NCBI GenBank assembly: GCA_003280965.1
Contig: QCDI01000001.1
Coordinates: 160,001 to 224,000, forward strand
Reading direction: 5' to 3'
DNA from: Prochlorococcus sp. AG-355-B18
GTDB lineage: Bacteria > Cyanobacteriota > Cyanobacteriia > PCC-6307 > Cyanobiaceae
DNA length: 64,000 nucleotides
Position numbers and translations under genes: made by a program. The notes below the pieces were generated by a model. That model did no database searches, was not told the origin of the DNA, and saw only the letters and a list, made by a program, of their open reading frames with translations. Shown piece after piece: positions 13,103 to 25,246 of this stretch. The first letter of the stretch is position 1. Every line of letters begins with the position of its first letter.

Positions 13103-14686
13103 ATGAATGGCCAATACCCAAAAAAAAATGTTTTAGGCCAGTTAGCGATAGTTTTACATGCTCATCTGCCTTATGTCAGAAAAAATGAAAAAAACTCTTT
13201 AGAAGAGGATTGGTTATTTCAGGCGATTTTGGAATGTTACATACCACTTCTTCAGGCAATAGAATCTTCCAAAAAAGAAAATCCTTTAAACACAAAACTT
13301 ACTATTAGTTTATCTCCCACATTATTATCACTTCTTGATAATAAACAAATTCAAGAAACTTTCCCATTTTGGATTAAAACAAGGAATGATTTTTTACGCG
13401 AGTTGCCACAAAAAGAAAAAAATGCCTCTGCATTTTTAATGAATAACCTCAATGACAAATACTCATATTGGGAAGAATGTTCCGGAAATTTAATTGAGAA
13501 ATTTAGAGTTTTAAATAGATCTGGAAATTTGGATATTCTTACTTGTGCGGCTACACACGGATATTTGCCAATCCTAAGGGAGAATCCTGAAACTGTAAAA
13601 GGACAAATTAACACAGCTATTAGGAGCCATGAAAATATTTTTGGAACTAAACCTTTAGGTATTTGGTTACCTGAATGTGCATATTATGAAAATTTAGATG
13701 AAATACTATTCAATTCTGGAATTAGATATGCAATTTTAGATGGTCACGGGATTCTTAATGCCACTCCAAGACCTAGGTATGGGGTATATGCCCCAATCTG
13801 CTCTAAAAAAGGAGTTGCTTTTTTCGGAAGAGATAGCGAGTCAACCCTGCCCGTTTGGTCTGCCAAGGATGGATTCCCTGGAGATAGAGTTTATAGAGAA
13901 TTTCATAAAGATTTGGGTTGGGAATTACCTACCACTAAGCTTCAAGAAAAAGGTATTTCATGTAAAAGACCTTTGGGATTAAAGTTCCACAAGATAACAG
14001 ATGAAAACGTCCCCTTAGGTAAAAAGGAGTTTTATCTAGAAACCGAAGCTATAAAAAAGGCTGAGGAGCATGCTGATACTTATCTTCAATCGAGATTAAA
14101 ACAATTAGAAAAATTAACATTGTCTTCTTCCTTTAATCCCTTATTGGTAGCTCCATTTGATGCAGAGTTATTTGGTCATTGGTGGTATGAGGGACCTATA
14201 TTTTTAAAGAATATTTTAAAGAAATCTAGTAGATATCTAATTAAACTTACAAACTTAAAAGAGTTTTTGATGCCAAGTCCTAATCTTCAGATTTGCGACC
14301 CTTCCCCATCAAGCTGGGGGCAAGGGGGTTACCATAACTACTGGATTAATGATGCAAATGCGTGGATCGTTCCGGAAATCACTAAAGCAGGCTCAACTTT
14401 TGTTGACTTGTGTAAGGAAAATTATAATAGTGATTTATCTACAAGACTTTTTAAGCAAGCAGCAAGAGAATTACTTCTCTCTGAGTCCTCTGATTGGAGT
14501 TTTATCCTTAGGGCCGGAACTACCACTGAGCTTGCCAAAGAAAGAATAGAAAGACACTTATTTAGGTTCTGGAAATTAGTTGAAATGATTAAAAAAAATT
14601 CTACTATTAATTTAAAATTCCTTGAGGATATTGAGGAAGAAGATAAAGTTTTCCTGGAAATTAATATTGATGATTGGCGAAAATAA
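13103..14686 (+). CDS. Glycoside hydrolase family 57 (DUF1957, branching-enzyme type)
   Basis: LHAHLPYV, WLPECAY, PFDAELFGHWWYEG, SSDWSF. Confidence 0.9.
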   Translation: MNGQYPKKNVLGQLAIVLHAHLPYVRKNEKNSLEEDWLFQAILECYIPLLQAIESSKKENPLNTKLTISLSPTLLSLLDNKQIQETFPFWIKTRNDFLRELPQKEKNASAFLMNNLNDKYSYWEECSGNLIEKFRVLNRSGNLDILTCAATHGYLPILRENPETVKGQINTAIRSHENIFGTKPLGIWLPECAYYENLDEILFNSGIRYAILDGHGILNATPRPRYGVYAPICSKKGVAFFGRDSESTLPVWSAKDGFPGDRVYREFHKDLGWELPTTKLQEKGISCKRPLGLKFHKITDENVPLGKKEFYLETEAIKKAEEHADTYLQSRLKQLEKLTLSSSFNPLLVAPFDAELFGHWWYEGPIFLKNILKKSSRYLIKLTNLKEFLMPSPNLQICDPSPSSWGQGGYHNYWINDANAWIVPEITKAGSTFVDLCKENYNSDLSTRLFKQAARELLLSESSDWSFILRAGTTTELAKERIERHLFRFWKLVEMIKKNSTINLKFLEDIEEEDKVFLEINIDDWRK

Positions 14687-14691
14687 AAGTA

Positions 14692-15903
14692 CTAATTTAA
14701 CTTAAGCATTCCTAATTTTACTTTTAAGGGTGAATTTATAAACATCTTACTCATTACATAGATTAGTTTTGGAAGAGGAAGTGTATTAGTTAGAAAACCT
14801 ACCCATTCTTTGGTCGATAATCTAAAGAAATTTGAGAAAAAGCTTCTTAATCTACTTTCATCAAAACTCATTAATCTATTGAGCCCATATTGGTAAAGCT
14901 TGTGCCTTTGTGTTAATTCGTAAGGCCATAAGACATCCCAACCTTTTGTAGCAAGCTCAAGTGAACTTAAATGAGGTTCTTTTAAAAAAATTGCTAATTT
15001 TTCAGCAAGGAGCGGGGCCCTTCTTAGTAAAGAACCAATCATGTATCCTGATGCAGGATGCACCATACTTGCAGCCCCTCCAAAACCAAGTACAAATTGT
15101 TTTTTAAATGGGAGGGGTAAATTCATTGGGAAAAGGCAGTTCTCTTCATGAAAGATTTCACTTACTTTAATCCCTTTATTATCTAGTCTTTTAAAAAGTC
15201 TTTTTTTAAGATTTTCTTGCGATAATGCTGGATAACTAGCTAATGATGTTTCTTCAACAAAAAATGTTTGATTGCCTAGATCCATTGCATAGAGAAAAGA
15301 AGGAGAAGATAATTTTTCTTCACTGTTTAAATGATTTGGACGAAAATCCATCAAGACAAATTGTTCCTTTTTAACTGGTGGAGATGAGAATTTGCCAACA
15401 ATTCCGTAAGCTGCTTGTTGAGCGATTTTATTTTGAAGTGGTCTTTTTATAAAATTACTTTTATGACCACTTGCATCAATAACTAACCTTGCCTTTATTT
15501 TTAGACCTGAATAACAAATTACTTCAGATAGTTTTTTATTCTCTTTAATATCCTGTGCCGTTTCATTCAACCATTCAATTCCTTTGCACTTTTTTAAAAG
15601 TTCATTTTGAAAGGCTTCTTGATTTATTAAACCATAATCATAATTATGTTTAGTTGGAATATTCCCTTTTTTATTGTTTCCATTCCCAAAAAAACTAACT
15701 GTTTCACACCATCGGTGAGATAACAAAGACTCTAATCCTAATTCCTCTAATTCAGATGCCCATATGCCATAAGTATTCTCCCATTTTTCATTTGGAGATT
15801 TTGTTGATATACCTTTTATTTTTAGATCCTGCTTAGCTAATTCAGAAGCTAAACATAATGCTGCAGGACCGGAACCTAAAATTAAAATATCAAGTATTTC
15901 CAT
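14692..15903 (-). CDS. crtL: Lycopene cyclase (CrtL type, probably beta-cyclase)
   Basis: FAD motif GSGPAA, FLYAMD, EETSL, VHPASGY. Confidence 0.88.
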   Translation of the reverse strand: MEILDILILGSGPAALCLASELAKQDLKIKGISTKSPNEKWENTYGIWASELEELGLESLLSHRWCETVSFFGNGNNKKGNIPTKHNYDYGLINQEAFQNELLKKCKGIEWLNETAQDIKENKKLSEVICYSGLKIKARLVIDASGHKSNFIKRPLQNKIAQQAAYGIVGKFSSPPVKKEQFVLMDFRPNHLNSEEKLSSPSFLYAMDLGNQTFFVEETSLASYPALSQENLKKRLFKRLDNKGIKVSEIFHEENCLFPMNLPLPFKKQFVLGFGGAASMVHPASGYMIGSLLRRAPLLAEKLAIFLKEPHLSSLELATKGWDVLWPYELTQRHKLYQYGLNRLMSFDESRLRSFFSNFFRLSTKEWVGFLTNTLPLPKLIYVMSKMFINSPLKVKLGMLKLN

Positions 15904-15926
15904 ATTATCTAATAAAGCATTTTCTT

Positions 15927-18524
15927 TTAATTTTCTTTCTCTGAGTTGAGTTGGTCTGTTTCTTCTGTTTGTTCATGAGGAACTAATACCACTTCTGATA
16001 AATGATCACCCTCATCTAATCTTTGTAATTTTACTCCAGTAGCAGCTCGAGATTGCTGGGAAATTTTGTCTGCGTTTGTTCTAACTATTACACCTTTTTC
16101 AGTCACAAAAAGCAATTCTTCCCCTTCTCCAAGGACCTTTAAACATACTAGTTCATCATCTTTGATTCTAAATTTTATCGCCCTTAAACCCATTCCTGCT
16201 CTTTTCTGTAATCTAAACTGAGTTACGGGTACTCTCTTTCCTAGTCCAAAAGCACTGGCTATTAGTACCCAGGGACCTTCTGTAGAGTTAACTTCGAGAT
16301 TTTCATCAATTTCTTTAGTAAGATGGTCATTTTTAGCCAGTTGATCAACTAAATCAGATGTTAAAACATCCATAGATACTAGATTGTCTCCTTTTCTAAG
16401 GTTCATTGATTTAACCCCCCTTGCAGTCCTACCAAGTGGCCTTAATTCGTTAATATCTAACCTGAAATGTATAGCCATTCCTGTTCTTGATCCAATTAAA
16501 ACACTATCACCTTCTTTTGATAATCTGACCCATGTTAGGGCGTCTCCATCTTCAAGATTAATTGCTATTAATCCATTCGAGCGAATTTTTGAGAAAGCGG
16601 AAAGTGAAGTTCTTTTTATAAATCCAGCCCTGGTTAGCATTAATAAATAACAATCGTCATTAAAAGAATCTACTGCAACTATTGAGGTTATTTTTTCTTC
16701 TCGTGGTATTGGAAGAAGTTGAACTGATGGAGTGCCTTTCGCAGTTCTGCTACTCATAGGAACTCTATATGCTGGAAGAGCATAAGCAACTCCTCTATCA
16801 CTGAAAAGTAAAAGAGTATCATGATCGTTACAGCTTATAAATAATTTAACTTCATCATCTCCTTGTGTCTTTGTTCCTGCTTTACCCCTTGACCCTCGAC
16901 TGGTAGATTCAAATTCATTAACAGGCATCCTTTTTAAATAACCTGCTTCAGTTAATAAAACAACTGATCTGTCATTGGCTATAAGATCAATATCATCTAG
17001 ACCACCACCTAAATCTAATATTTCTGTTTTTCTTGGGGAAGAAAATCTTTCATCAATTTTGTTAATTTCTTCAAGAATAATTTGAAGAATTCTTTCTTTA
17101 CTATTCAATATTTGTTGATAGGAGTTTATTTTTTGCGTTAATTCATCATGTTCAGCTTTGATTTTATCTGCCTCTAGGGCTGTTAATCTTCTCAACTGCA
17201 TTTGTAAAATTGCTTCTGCCTGCGTGGAGGATAACTCATGATCAGTTTGTAATTGTTCTCTAGCTGAAATTGTATCCTTTGCTGATCTTATTAGATTGAT
17301 AATTTCATCCATAGAACCTAAAGCTAATAATAGGCCCTTTACAATGTGATCTCTATCTTCTGCCTTTTTTAATAAAAAACCTGTTCTTCGCCTTATTGTC
17401 TCTACTCTAAAATCTAGGAAAACATCTAACATTTTCCGAAGTGAAAGAGTTGTTGGTTCTCCTTTAACTAAAGCTAGAATATTTGCACTGAAATTATTTT
17501 GTAGAGGTGTTAACTTAAATAAGTTATTTAAAACCACTTGTGGATAGGCATCTCTTTTTAGCTCGATAACAATTCTCATCCCATCTCGATCACTTTCATC
17601 TCTAATATCAGAAATACCTTCTAATTTTTTCTCATTAACCAAGTCTGCAATTCTCTCTATCAAGGCTGCTTTATTTGTTTGAAAAGGCAGTTCGGTTATT
17701 ATCACCGCATCTTTTTCTGCCCTACCAGCTGATTTGATTTGCTCAATATTTGCTACGCCTCTCATAGTTATTGAACCTCTTCCCGTTTTAAAAGTTTCTT
17801 TTATACCATCTCTGCCTAAGATTTGACCCCCAGTGGGAAAATCAGGACCTTTAATTAGTTCAAAAAGCTCTCTATCTTCAATTGATGGGTTTTTAATTAT
17901 TGATTTGAGACCATTAATTAATTCTCCTAAGTTATGGGGTGGGATATTAGTTGCCATTCCTACGGCTATTCCAGATGATCCATTTAAAAGCAGTTGAGGG
18001 ATTCTTGCAGGTAAAACTGTTGGTTCTTGTTGAGAACCGTCAAAGTTATCGGCGAAATCTACAGTTTCAGATTCAATATCTTCTAGTAAACTTTCATCTG
18101 TAAGAGACTTTAGACGAGATTCTGTATATCTCATTGCTGCTGGAGGATCGTTATCTACAGAACCAAAGTTTCCATGACCATCTATAAGTGGCATCCTCAT
18201 GGAAAAATCCTGAGCCATCCTCACCAAAGCATCATAGACAGCAGTATCACCATGAGGATGGTATTTGCCAAGTACTTCTCCAACAACTCTGGCACATTTT
18301 CTGTAAGGCCTACCGCTTGTTAAACCAAGTTCATACATTGCATAAAGAATTCTTCTATGTACAGGCTTTAATCCGTCCCTTGCATCTGGAAGCGCACGAC
18401 CAACTATAACGCTCATCGCATACTCCAGATAAGAGCGCGACATCTCATTTCTTAAGTCTGTTTGAATAATTCGATCGTTATCTTCGTTTAATCCAGAGTT
18501 ACCGGAATCTACAATATTAGACAT
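15927..18524 (-). CDS. gyrA: DNA gyrase subunit A
   Basis: [23 protein letters not shown]-terminal beta-pinwheel repeats. Confidence 0.95.
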   Translation of the reverse strand: MSNIVDSGNSGLNEDNDRIIQTDLRNEMSRSYLEYAMSVIVGRALPDARDGLKPVHRRILYAMYELGLTSGRPYRKCARVVGEVLGKYHPHGDTAVYDALVRMAQDFSMRMPLIDGHGNFGSVDNDPPAAMRYTESRLKSLTDESLLEDIESETVDFADNFDGSQQEPTVLPARIPQLLLNGSSGIAVGMATNIPPHNLGELINGLKSIIKNPSIEDRELFELIKGPDFPTGGQILGRDGIKETFKTGRGSITMRGVANIEQIKSAGRAEKDAVIITELPFQTNKAALIERIADLVNEKKLEGISDIRDESDRDGMRIVIELKRDAYPQVVLNNLFKLTPLQNNFSANILALVKGEPTTLSLRKMLDVFLDFRVETIRRRTGFLLKKAEDRDHIVKGLLLALGSMDEIINLIRSAKDTISAREQLQTDHELSSTQAEAILQMQLRRLTALEADKIKAEHDELTQKINSYQQILNSKERILQIILEEINKIDERFSSPRKTEILDLGGGLDDIDLIANDRSVVLLTEAGYLKRMPVNEFESTSRGSRGKAGTKTQGDDEVKLFISCNDHDTLLLFSDRGVAYALPAYRVPMSSRTAKGTPSVQLLPIPREEKITSIVAVDSFNDDCYLLMLTRAGFIKRTSLSAFSKIRSNGLIAINLEDGDALTWVRLSKEGDSVLIGSRTGMAIHFRLDINELRPLGRTARGVKSMNLRKGDNLVSMDVLTSDLVDQLAKNDHLTKEIDENLEVNSTEGPWVLIASAFGLGKRVPVTQFRLQKRAGMGLRAIKFRIKDDELVCLKVLGEGEELLFVTEKGVIVRTNADKISQQSRAATGVKLQRLDEGDHLSEVVLVPHEQTEETDQLNSEKEN

Positions 18525-18691
18525 ACAAAAAACCTTTCTTTAATAATAATCGGTGATCGTCATTATGAATAAAAAATAAGATATATTTAATTCCCAAATA
18601 CTCACATTTACACACAAATCAAAATAAAACCTGTTGTTTTTGCGCAAACCTTGGCTTATTACCCCTTTAGTTGTTAACTTAATCTGAATAA

Positions 18692-19867
18692 ATGAAAAAT
18701 TCCGTGAATATTGAACTTGGTCTAAACAAAAAAGTCAGAAGGGCTTATGGCATTGATGAAATAGCTTTAGTTCCTGGGAAGAGAACACTCGATTACGATT
18801 TGACTGATCCTTCTTGGGTAATAGGCGATTTTAAGAGAGAAGTTCCAATTGTTGCTAGTGCTATGGACAGCGTTGTTGATGTAAATGCAGCAGTAGAACT
18901 TACCAAATTAGGTGCACTAGGGGTTATTAATATGGAGGGCATACAAACACGGTATGAAAATCCTGATGAAATATTAAACAAAATAGCATCAGTTGGAAAA
19001 AGTGATTTTGTTCCACTAATGCAGAAAATATATAGTGAACCTATTAAGGAGGAGTTAATTTTAAAGAGAATAAATGAGGTTAAAGAAAGAGGAGGCATTG
19101 CTGCTTTTAGTGGAACTCCTCAAGCTGCCATTAAATTTACAGAAATACTTAATGATTCCAAAATAGATTTATTTTTTCTTCAAGGAACCGTTGTTTCGAC
19201 TGAGCATCTTGGTATGGAGGGGAAGGAAACCTTAAATATTAAGAAGCTTTGTCAATCTATGAAAGTCCCAGTTGTAGCTGGAAATTGTGTAACTTATGAA
19301 GTCGCTAAACTTCTAATGCAAGCTGGAGTTGCAGGATTAATGGTTGGGATAGGCCCTGGAGCGGCATGTACTTCAAGAGGTGTATTAGGAATTGGAATCC
19401 CTCAAGCAACTGCGATTGCCGATTGTAGTTCTGCACGAGATGATTTTTTCAAAGAAAGTGGTCGTTATATCCCTATCATTGGAGATGGAGGTATTGTGAC
19501 GGGTGGAGATATTTGTAAATGTTTAGCATGTGGTGCAGATGCTGTAATGATTGGCTCTCCGATAGCTAAATCCTCAAATGCTCCAGGCAAAGGATTTCAC
19601 TGGGGCATGGCTACTCCAAGTCCTATATTGCCTAGGGGCACAAGAATTGAAGTTGGGTCTACAGGATCTTTAGAAAGGATAATAAAAGGACCTGCCTTGC
19701 TTGATGATGGTACCCATAATTTATTAGGCGCTATTAGAACATCAATGAGTACTCTTGGGGCTAAAAACATCAAAGAAATGCAAGAGGTTGAAATAGTTAT
19801 TGCACCATCGCTTCTGACAGAGGGTAAGGTTTATCAAAAAGCTCAGCAGCTTGGGATGGGTAAATAG
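18692..19867 (+). CDS. guaB: IMP dehydrogenase, cyanobacterial GuaB3-like form (true start may be GTG at 18704)
   Basis: SAMDSV, GIGPGAACTSR, DGG, GMAT motifs. Confidence 0.9.
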   Translation: MKNSVNIELGLNKKVRRAYGIDEIALVPGKRTLDYDLTDPSWVIGDFKREVPIVASAMDSVVDVNAAVELTKLGALGVINMEGIQTRYENPDEILNKIASVGKSDFVPLMQKIYSEPIKEELILKRINEVKERGGIAAFSGTPQAAIKFTEILNDSKIDLFFLQGTVVSTEHLGMEGKETLNIKKLCQSMKVPVVAGNCVTYEVAKLLMQAGVAGLMVGIGPGAACTSRGVLGIGIPQATAIADCSSARDDFFKESGRYIPIIGDGGIVTGGDICKCLACGADAVMIGSPIAKSSNAPGKGFHWGMATPSPILPRGTRIEVGSTGSLERIIKGPALLDDGTHNLLGAIRTSMSTLGAKNIKEMQEVEIVIAPSLLTEGKVYQKAQQLGMGK

Positions 19868-19950
19868 TTCATTTAGTAAAAAATTATAAAAACTTAGAGA
19901 ATGTAAGTATTAAATTGAACAAACTTCGCATAAGGAGTTATTATTAATTA

Positions 19951-20007
19951 ATGGGGGAAACCCCATACTCCTCACACACTAAATCGCCCGATTAATCGGG
20001 CTTTTTT
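19951..20007 (+). ncRNA. yfr1: Yfr1 small RNA
   Basis: 5' hairpin ATGGGG-GAAA-CCCCAT, undecamer ACTCCTCACAC (19967-19977), terminator GCCCGATTAATCGGGC+T6; canonical guaB-trxA location. Confidence 0.93.
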
Positions 20008-20098
20008 AGATATTTTGTTACTTATATTAGTTTATCTGTAATGAAATCATCACTTAAAAGAATTGCCTGCTAAATTTTCTAAAAGGAATACTTAAATT

Positions 20099-20422
20099 AT
20101 GTCATCAGCTCCAGCCGTAACTGATTCTTCATTTGACAAGGATGTACTGCAAAGTGATCTACCAGTATTGGTTGATTTTTGGGCACCATGGTGTGGTCCA
20201 TGTAGGATGGTTGCACCAGTTGTAGAAGAAATCTCTAAAGACTTTGAAGGGAAAATTAAAGTTTTCAAATTAAATACAGATGAGAATCCAAATGTTGCGA
20301 GTCAATATGGAATTAGAAGTATTCCAACATTAATGATCTTTAAAGGGGGTCAAAAAGTTGATACTGTGGTTGGAGCCGTACCAAAGGCAACTCTTTCGAG
20401 TACTTTAACAAAGCATTTATAA
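20099..20422 (+). CDS. trxA: Thioredoxin (m-type)
   Basis: WCGPC active site. Confidence 0.97.
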   Translation: MSSAPAVTDSSFDKDVLQSDLPVLVDFWAPWCGPCRMVAPVVEEISKDFEGKIKVFKLNTDENPNVASQYGIRSIPTLMIFKGGQKVDTVVGAVPKATLSSTLTKHL

Positions 20423-20431
20423 AAAAGATCT

Positions 20432-21049
20432 TTGCATAAAATTGGACTTATAGACTATGGGATGGGTAACATTCATTCCGTAACAAAATCTCTAGAAAGT
20501 CTTGGGGAGGAAATAATTTTAATTAATGATTTTAATGAATCAAAGGCTTGCAAGGCGATAATACTTCCTGGAGTTGGAGCCTTTGATCCTGCGATGATTA
20601 ATCTTATAAATACGGATTTGATATCTGATTTGAAAAATTGGATTAATAGTGGAAAGTCTTTTTTAGGGATTTGTTTAGGTCTTCAACTCCTTTTTGAGTC
20701 TAGCGATGAAGGGAAAGTTCAAGGACTAGGGATTTTAAAGGGAAAAATACAAAAAATACCTAATATAGTTAATCAAAGAATTCCCCACATGGGTTGGTGC
20801 CAACTTTTGCCTACAAAATCAAATACATTATTAGAGTTAGAGGAATCAAATAATTGGGTCTATTTTGTACATTCCTATCATGCAATCCCAGACGATATAA
20901 ATATTATTGCGGCTCAGGTTAATTATGGTTCTGAAAAATTAACTGCAATGATTGAGAATGATAATTTATTGGCCTGTCAATTTCATCCAGAAAAATCTGG
21001 TAAAACTGGAGAAAAACTTTTGAGAAGATGGCTAAGTAATATTCAATAA
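20432..21049 (+). CDS. hisH: Imidazole glycerol phosphate synthase, glutaminase subunit
   Basis: DYGMGN, PGVG, GICLGLQ, QFHPEKS. Confidence 0.95.
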   Translation: MHKIGLIDYGMGNIHSVTKSLESLGEEIILINDFNESKACKAIILPGVGAFDPAMINLINTDLISDLKNWINSGKSFLGICLGLQLLFESSDEGKVQGLGILKGKIQKIPNIVNQRIPHMGWCQLLPTKSNTLLELEESNNWVYFVHSYHAIPDDINIIAAQVNYGSEKLTAMIENDNLLACQFHPEKSGKTGEKLLRRWLSNIQ

Positions 21050-21063
21050 ATAGATAATTACGG

Positions 21064-21663
21064 ATGAAGACAAACTTAAGATTGATAGGAGGTAAGAGAC
21101 TCAAAAGTCCAAATAATATTTACACAAGGCCCACAACTTTGAGAGTTAGAGAGGCTCTATTTAATATTCTTAATAATAAAGTTGAAAATTGTAACTGGTT
21201 AGATTTATTTAGTGGAACAGGAGCAATATCTTGTGAAGCATACAATCATGGGGCAAGAAAAATAATTGCAATTGAAAAAAACAAAAACAACTCAAAAATT
21301 TGCCTAAAAAATTTACTTTCTTTGCAGGATATAGATAATAGGAAAAATGATATTGATGTTATTTGTAAAGATGTTTTGACCTGGACAAAACCAAATTACG
21401 AGAGAAATTTATCATCTAAAATCATGGACTTAAACAAATTAAAATTTGATTTTATTTATTTAGACCCTCCATATAATGAGAATTTCCATGAGTTAGTTTT
21501 AAGTCAAATTTTTAATTGTAATTTTTTAAAAAAAGATTCAACAGTTATTTGTGAACATTCTCCAAACCTAATTATTAAAACAAGTAATTTGTGGGAAACT
21601 ATAGATGTAAGGGACTATGGACAGTCAAGATTAACATTCTTAATCAATGTCCAAAATACCTGA
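21064..21663 (+). CDS. rsmD: 16S rRNA m2G966 methyltransferase
   Basis: RPT...[19 protein letters not shown]. Confidence 0.9.
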   Translation: MKTNLRLIGGKRLKSPNNIYTRPTTLRVREALFNILNNKVENCNWLDLFSGTGAISCEAYNHGARKIIAIEKNKNNSKICLKNLLSLQDIDNRKNDIDVICKDVLTWTKPNYERNLSSKIMDLNKLKFDFIYLDPPYNENFHELVLSQIFNCNFLKKDSTVICEHSPNLIIKTSNLWETIDVRDYGQSRLTFLINVQNT

Positions 21664-21759
21664 ACCTCTTCTGTATTGATTCCATGCGCTTACGAATAAT
21701 CCAAGAAGGGTTATTGGAACCAACCCTAAAACAATTCCACATAGAAGAGGCTCGATCAT
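21640..21759 (-). CDS. petG: Cytochrome b6f subunit V (not in ORF track)
   Basis: Manual translation [39 protein letters not shown]. Confidence 0.95.
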   Translation of the reverse strand: MIEPLLCGIVLGLVPITLLGLFVSAWNQYRRGSGILDID

Positions 21760-21815
21760 TTTTTTTGCTTTTTTTGAAAATCTCTTACACAATTGTTACA
21801 TAGAGACTATTTTTT

Positions 21816-22202
21816 GTGTCAACATCTTCATCATCTGCAGCAGAAAAAGACTCTAAAAGAGAATTCTTGAAAAATTTGTTTATTGTTTTTGTTGTTTTAT
21901 TTATATTTTTTTTAATATTTTTCGCAAAACATCATGAAAATAATGAATATATTTTTGAAACTCTTGAACTTAATGGCTCTGCTGAAGAAGGGGTTGCTCT
22001 TTTTAAGATAAATTGTGTTGGATGTCATGGAATTTCTGCAAGAGGATTAGTTGGCCCAGACTTACACGGAATAACTAAACGTTTGAATGATAAAGAGATA
22101 ATTAAACAAGTTACTGGTGGTCTTACTCCTCCTATGCCAAGTTTTGAAATTGATCCTGTAAATATGTCCAATTTATTAAAATATCTTCATAGCCTTGAAT
22201 GA
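21816..22202 (+). CDS. cytM: Cytochrome cM
   Basis: TM anchor plus CVGCH heme motif, GPDL, TPPMP; divergent from petG. Confidence 0.85.
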   Translation: MSTSSSSAAEKDSKREFLKNLFIVFVVLFIFFLIFFAKHHENNEYIFETLELNGSAEEGVALFKINCVGCHGISARGLVGPDLHGITKRLNDKEIIKQVTGGLTPPMPSFEIDPVNMSNLLKYLHSLE

Positions 22203-22957
22203 TTTTGGAGAAAAATTTTTCTAATTTAAAGGTAATATTAGTTGAACCAAATGGTCCTTTAAATGTTGGGAGCGTTGCCAGGTTATGTTCAAATTTTGAA
22301 GTTGATGAATTAAGAATTGTTTCTCCAAAATGCGATATATTCTCTTTAGAAGCAAAAAAAATGGCTCTTAAAGGCCAAAAATTTCTTGATCATTGTAAGA
22401 TTTTTGATAATCTTGAAAAAGCAATTTTTGATTGTGATTTAGTTCTCGCATCTTGTGGAAGGATTGATATAAGTAAAGATTCATTTTTTGAATCTTCTGA
22501 AGATGTATTTAATTGGATTTTATCTTTTAAAAAGATTACTAATTTAGCAATCATATTTGGCAGAGAAGATAGAGGTTTAACTAATAGCGAATTACTTCTG
22601 GCACATAAAACTTTTAATATCCCAACTTCTCAGAATAATCCTTCTTTAAATCTTTCTCACGCAGTTTCAATAGTTTTGTATGAATTAAATAAGGCTTCTA
22701 ATAGAAATTTAAATAGGGATTTAGAAGTTTTTAATCTTGCATCATCAAAACAAATACAAGATTCATTTGTAGAGATAGAGGAAATGCTTCTGGGAGTTGG
22801 ATACCTTTTAAAACATACCTCTAATGTGAAAATAAGTAAATTTAAGAGTTTTATTTTAAGGGCAAATACATCAATGCACGAAATGAATGTTTTGAGAGGA
22901 ATTGTTCATCAAATAAATTGGTATTTAACCAATTCAAAAAAAATTAGAAATGAATGA
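22199..22957 (+). CDS. SPOUT tRNA/rRNA methyltransferase (TrmJ/LasT family)
   Basis: NVGSVAR, FGREDRGL, SLNLSHAV. Confidence 0.88.
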   Translation: MILEKNFSNLKVILVEPNGPLNVGSVARLCSNFEVDELRIVSPKCDIFSLEAKKMALKGQKFLDHCKIFDNLEKAIFDCDLVLASCGRIDISKDSFFESSEDVFNWILSFKKITNLAIIFGREDRGLTNSELLLAHKTFNIPTSQNNPSLNLSHAVSIVLYELNKASNRNLNRDLEVFNLASSKQIQDSFVEIEEMLLGVGYLLKHTSNVKISKFKSFILRANTSMHEMNVLRGIVHQINWYLTNSKKIRNE

Positions 22958-23071
22958 ATTAAATTAGTTTTTTTCCTTTCAGAAAATTTTATATTTAATA
23001 AGGATATTTACTAAAAACATTTTCTGAAGTAGCATCTATTGATTATTTGAATATTAAAGAAAACAAAAACT

Positions 23072-24160
23072 GTGAATACAACAAAGAAAAGAAGAGTTTT
23101 CCCTTTTACAGCTGTAATAGGTCAGGAAGAAATGAAACTAGCTCTTTTGTTAAATGTTATTGATCCAAGAATTGGAGGAGTGATGATAATGGGTGATAGA
23201 GGGACTGGAAAGTCTACTACAATTAGAGCTTTAGCTGATTTGTTGCCTGCAATAGAGGTCGTTAAAGACGATCCATATAATAGTTCTTTAATTGACCCTG
23301 ATTTGCAGAGCAAAGAAGTCTTGGAAAAAATTGTTCAAGGAGAAAATCTAGAGACTATACAAAAACAAGTTCCTATGGTTGATTTACCTTTAGGCGCTAC
23401 TGAAGACAGGCTTTGTGGAACTATTGATATAGAGAAAGCTTTGAGTGAAGGTGTTAAGGCTTTTGAACCTGGGTTATTAGCTAAAGCTAATAGGGGCCTA
23501 CTATATGTTGATGAAGTGAATTTACTTGATGATCATTTGGTTGATGTACTTTTAGATTCAGCTGCTTCAGGTTGGAATACAGTTGAAAGGGAAGGTGTCT
23601 CAGTTCGACATCCTGCGAGGTTTGTTCTTATTGGTTCAGGAAATCCGGAAGAAGGGGAATTAAGGCCTCAGCTATTAGACAGGTTTGGAATGAGCGTTGA
23701 GGTCAAGACAGTAAAAGATGCTGAATTAAGAGTTCAGGTAGTTGATCAAAGGACTTCTTTTGACGATAATCCTGATGAGTTTTCATTGAGTGTTGAGAAA
23801 CAGCAGGATGAACTTCAACAAAAGGTAATTAAAGCTCAAGAAATTTTAAACTCTGTTCAAATGGACGATGACCTTAGATTGAATATTTCTGCAATCTGTG
23901 GAGAATTAGATGTTGACGGTTTACGTGGAGATATTGTTACAAATAGATCGGCAAGAGCAATTGCAGCCTTTGAGGGTAGAAGTGAAGTTCAAGAGGACGA
24001 TATAGCGAGGGTTATTTCTTGTTCTTTAAGGCATAGATTAAGAAAAGATCCTCTAGAACAAGTTGATTCAGGTGAAAGAGTTATTCAAGCTTTTTGTAAA
24101 GTATTTGATTTAGATGAAAAAGAAAATCTTTCAAAATTTCAATTAAATGCAGAAGCTTAA
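23072..24160 (+). CDS. chlI: Magnesium chelatase subunit I
   Basis: [34 protein letters not shown]. Confidence 0.96.
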   Translation: MNTTKKRRVFPFTAVIGQEEMKLALLLNVIDPRIGGVMIMGDRGTGKSTTIRALADLLPAIEVVKDDPYNSSLIDPDLQSKEVLEKIVQGENLETIQKQVPMVDLPLGATEDRLCGTIDIEKALSEGVKAFEPGLLAKANRGLLYVDEVNLLDDHLVDVLLDSAASGWNTVEREGVSVRHPARFVLIGSGNPEEGELRPQLLDRFGMSVEVKTVKDAELRVQVVDQRTSFDDNPDEFSLSVEKQQDELQQKVIKAQEILNSVQMDDDLRLNISAICGELDVDGLRGDIVTNRSARAIAAFEGRSEVQEDDIARVISCSLRHRLRKDPLEQVDSGERVIQAFCKVFDLDEKENLSKFQLNAEA

Positions 24161-24165
24161 TTACA

Positions 24166-24639
24166 GTGAGAATAATTGGGATAGACCCTGGATTAGCTAG
24201 AGTTGGTTATGGGATTATTGAAATAAAAAATGAAAAAAAGATATTATTAGATTGTGGTGTTATTGAGACAAGTAAATATAAAAAAGAAGAGGATAGACTT
24301 TATGAGATATTCAAAGATCTTAATGAATTAATAAATCATTGGAATCCAAATGTAGCGGCAGTTGAAAAATTTTTCTTCTATAGATCAAGTACTACTATTA
24401 GTGTTGTGCAGGCTAGAGGCGTGATTATGATGGTATTGGCTTCTAAACAAATTAATGTTAGTGAATATTCTCCTGCTCAAATAAAGTTAACCATTGCAGG
24501 GTCTGGAAAAGCATCTAAAAAAGAGGTTCTTGATGCTGTAATGTATAGCTTAGAACTTAAAACCCCACCAAAACCTGATGATTCTGCAGATGCATTGGCA
24601 ATAGCACTAACAAAATTAAATGAAGAAGGCTTCAACTGA
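24166..24639 (+). CDS. ruvC: Holliday junction resolvase RuvC
   Basis: [21 protein letters not shown]. Confidence 0.95.
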   Translation: MRIIGIDPGLARVGYGIIEIKNEKKILLDCGVIETSKYKKEEDRLYEIFKDLNELINHWNPNVAAVEKFFFYRSSTTISVVQARGVIMMVLASKQINVSEYSPAQIKLTIAGSGKASKKEVLDAVMYSLELKTPPKPDDSADALAIALTKLNEEGFN

Positions 24640-24648
24640 AGATTCAAT

Positions 24649-25206
24649 ATGACTATCTTAGAAAGAAAGAAATTGGAGAGGGATACGTTTAGAAAACTTA
24701 GAGATGAGATTTCCCTTAATCAAAGAGAAAATGTAGAAAAAAATGTAAAATTGTATGTTGATTCATTTATTAAGGAATATAAAAATATTGGCTACATAGC
24801 TATATACTGGCCTCTAAAAAATGAAGTAGATATTAGAAGTCTTAAGGAAAAAATTTCTTTAGCATTGCCCAGATGTAAAAATAAAAAAGAGTTGTTATTT
24901 TATCCATGGGACGAAAGACCTCTTACAAAAGATTCTGAGGGAATACTAAGTCCTAATAACTATTTTTCATTAAGTCATAAGCAAATAAGTATGATACTTG
25001 TTCCATGCCTCTCTGTAGATAAAAATTTAATAAGGTTAGGTTATGGTGGAGGTTATTTTGATAAATTAAGAAGAGATAAAAATTGGAGGAATGTTCCATG
25101 CATAGGGGTATTAACTTCAAATTGTGTAAGTAATATTCCATTAACCAGAGCAGACTGGGATATCCCCTTATCAGGCTTTATCACAGAAGAAGAAATATTT
25201 GTATAA
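24649..25206 (+). CDS. 5-formyltetrahydrofolate cyclo-ligase
   Basis: RLGYGGGYFD motif, WDIP. Confidence 0.9.
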   Translation: MTILERKKLERDTFRKLRDEISLNQRENVEKNVKLYVDSFIKEYKNIGYIAIYWPLKNEVDIRSLKEKISLALPRCKNKKELLFYPWDERPLTKDSEGILSPNNYFSLSHKQISMILVPCLSVDKNLIRLGYGGGYFDKLRRDKNWRNVPCIGVLTSNCVSNIPLTRADWDIPLSGFITEEEIFV

Positions 25207-25246
25207 TAAGGAACCTAAAGGAGGTTTATTAATAGTTTTTTAAAAA

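Noticed and set aside
21591..21803. 70-aa plus-strand ORF after rsmD
   Set aside because: Overlaps petG on the opposite strand, which is the recognisable gene
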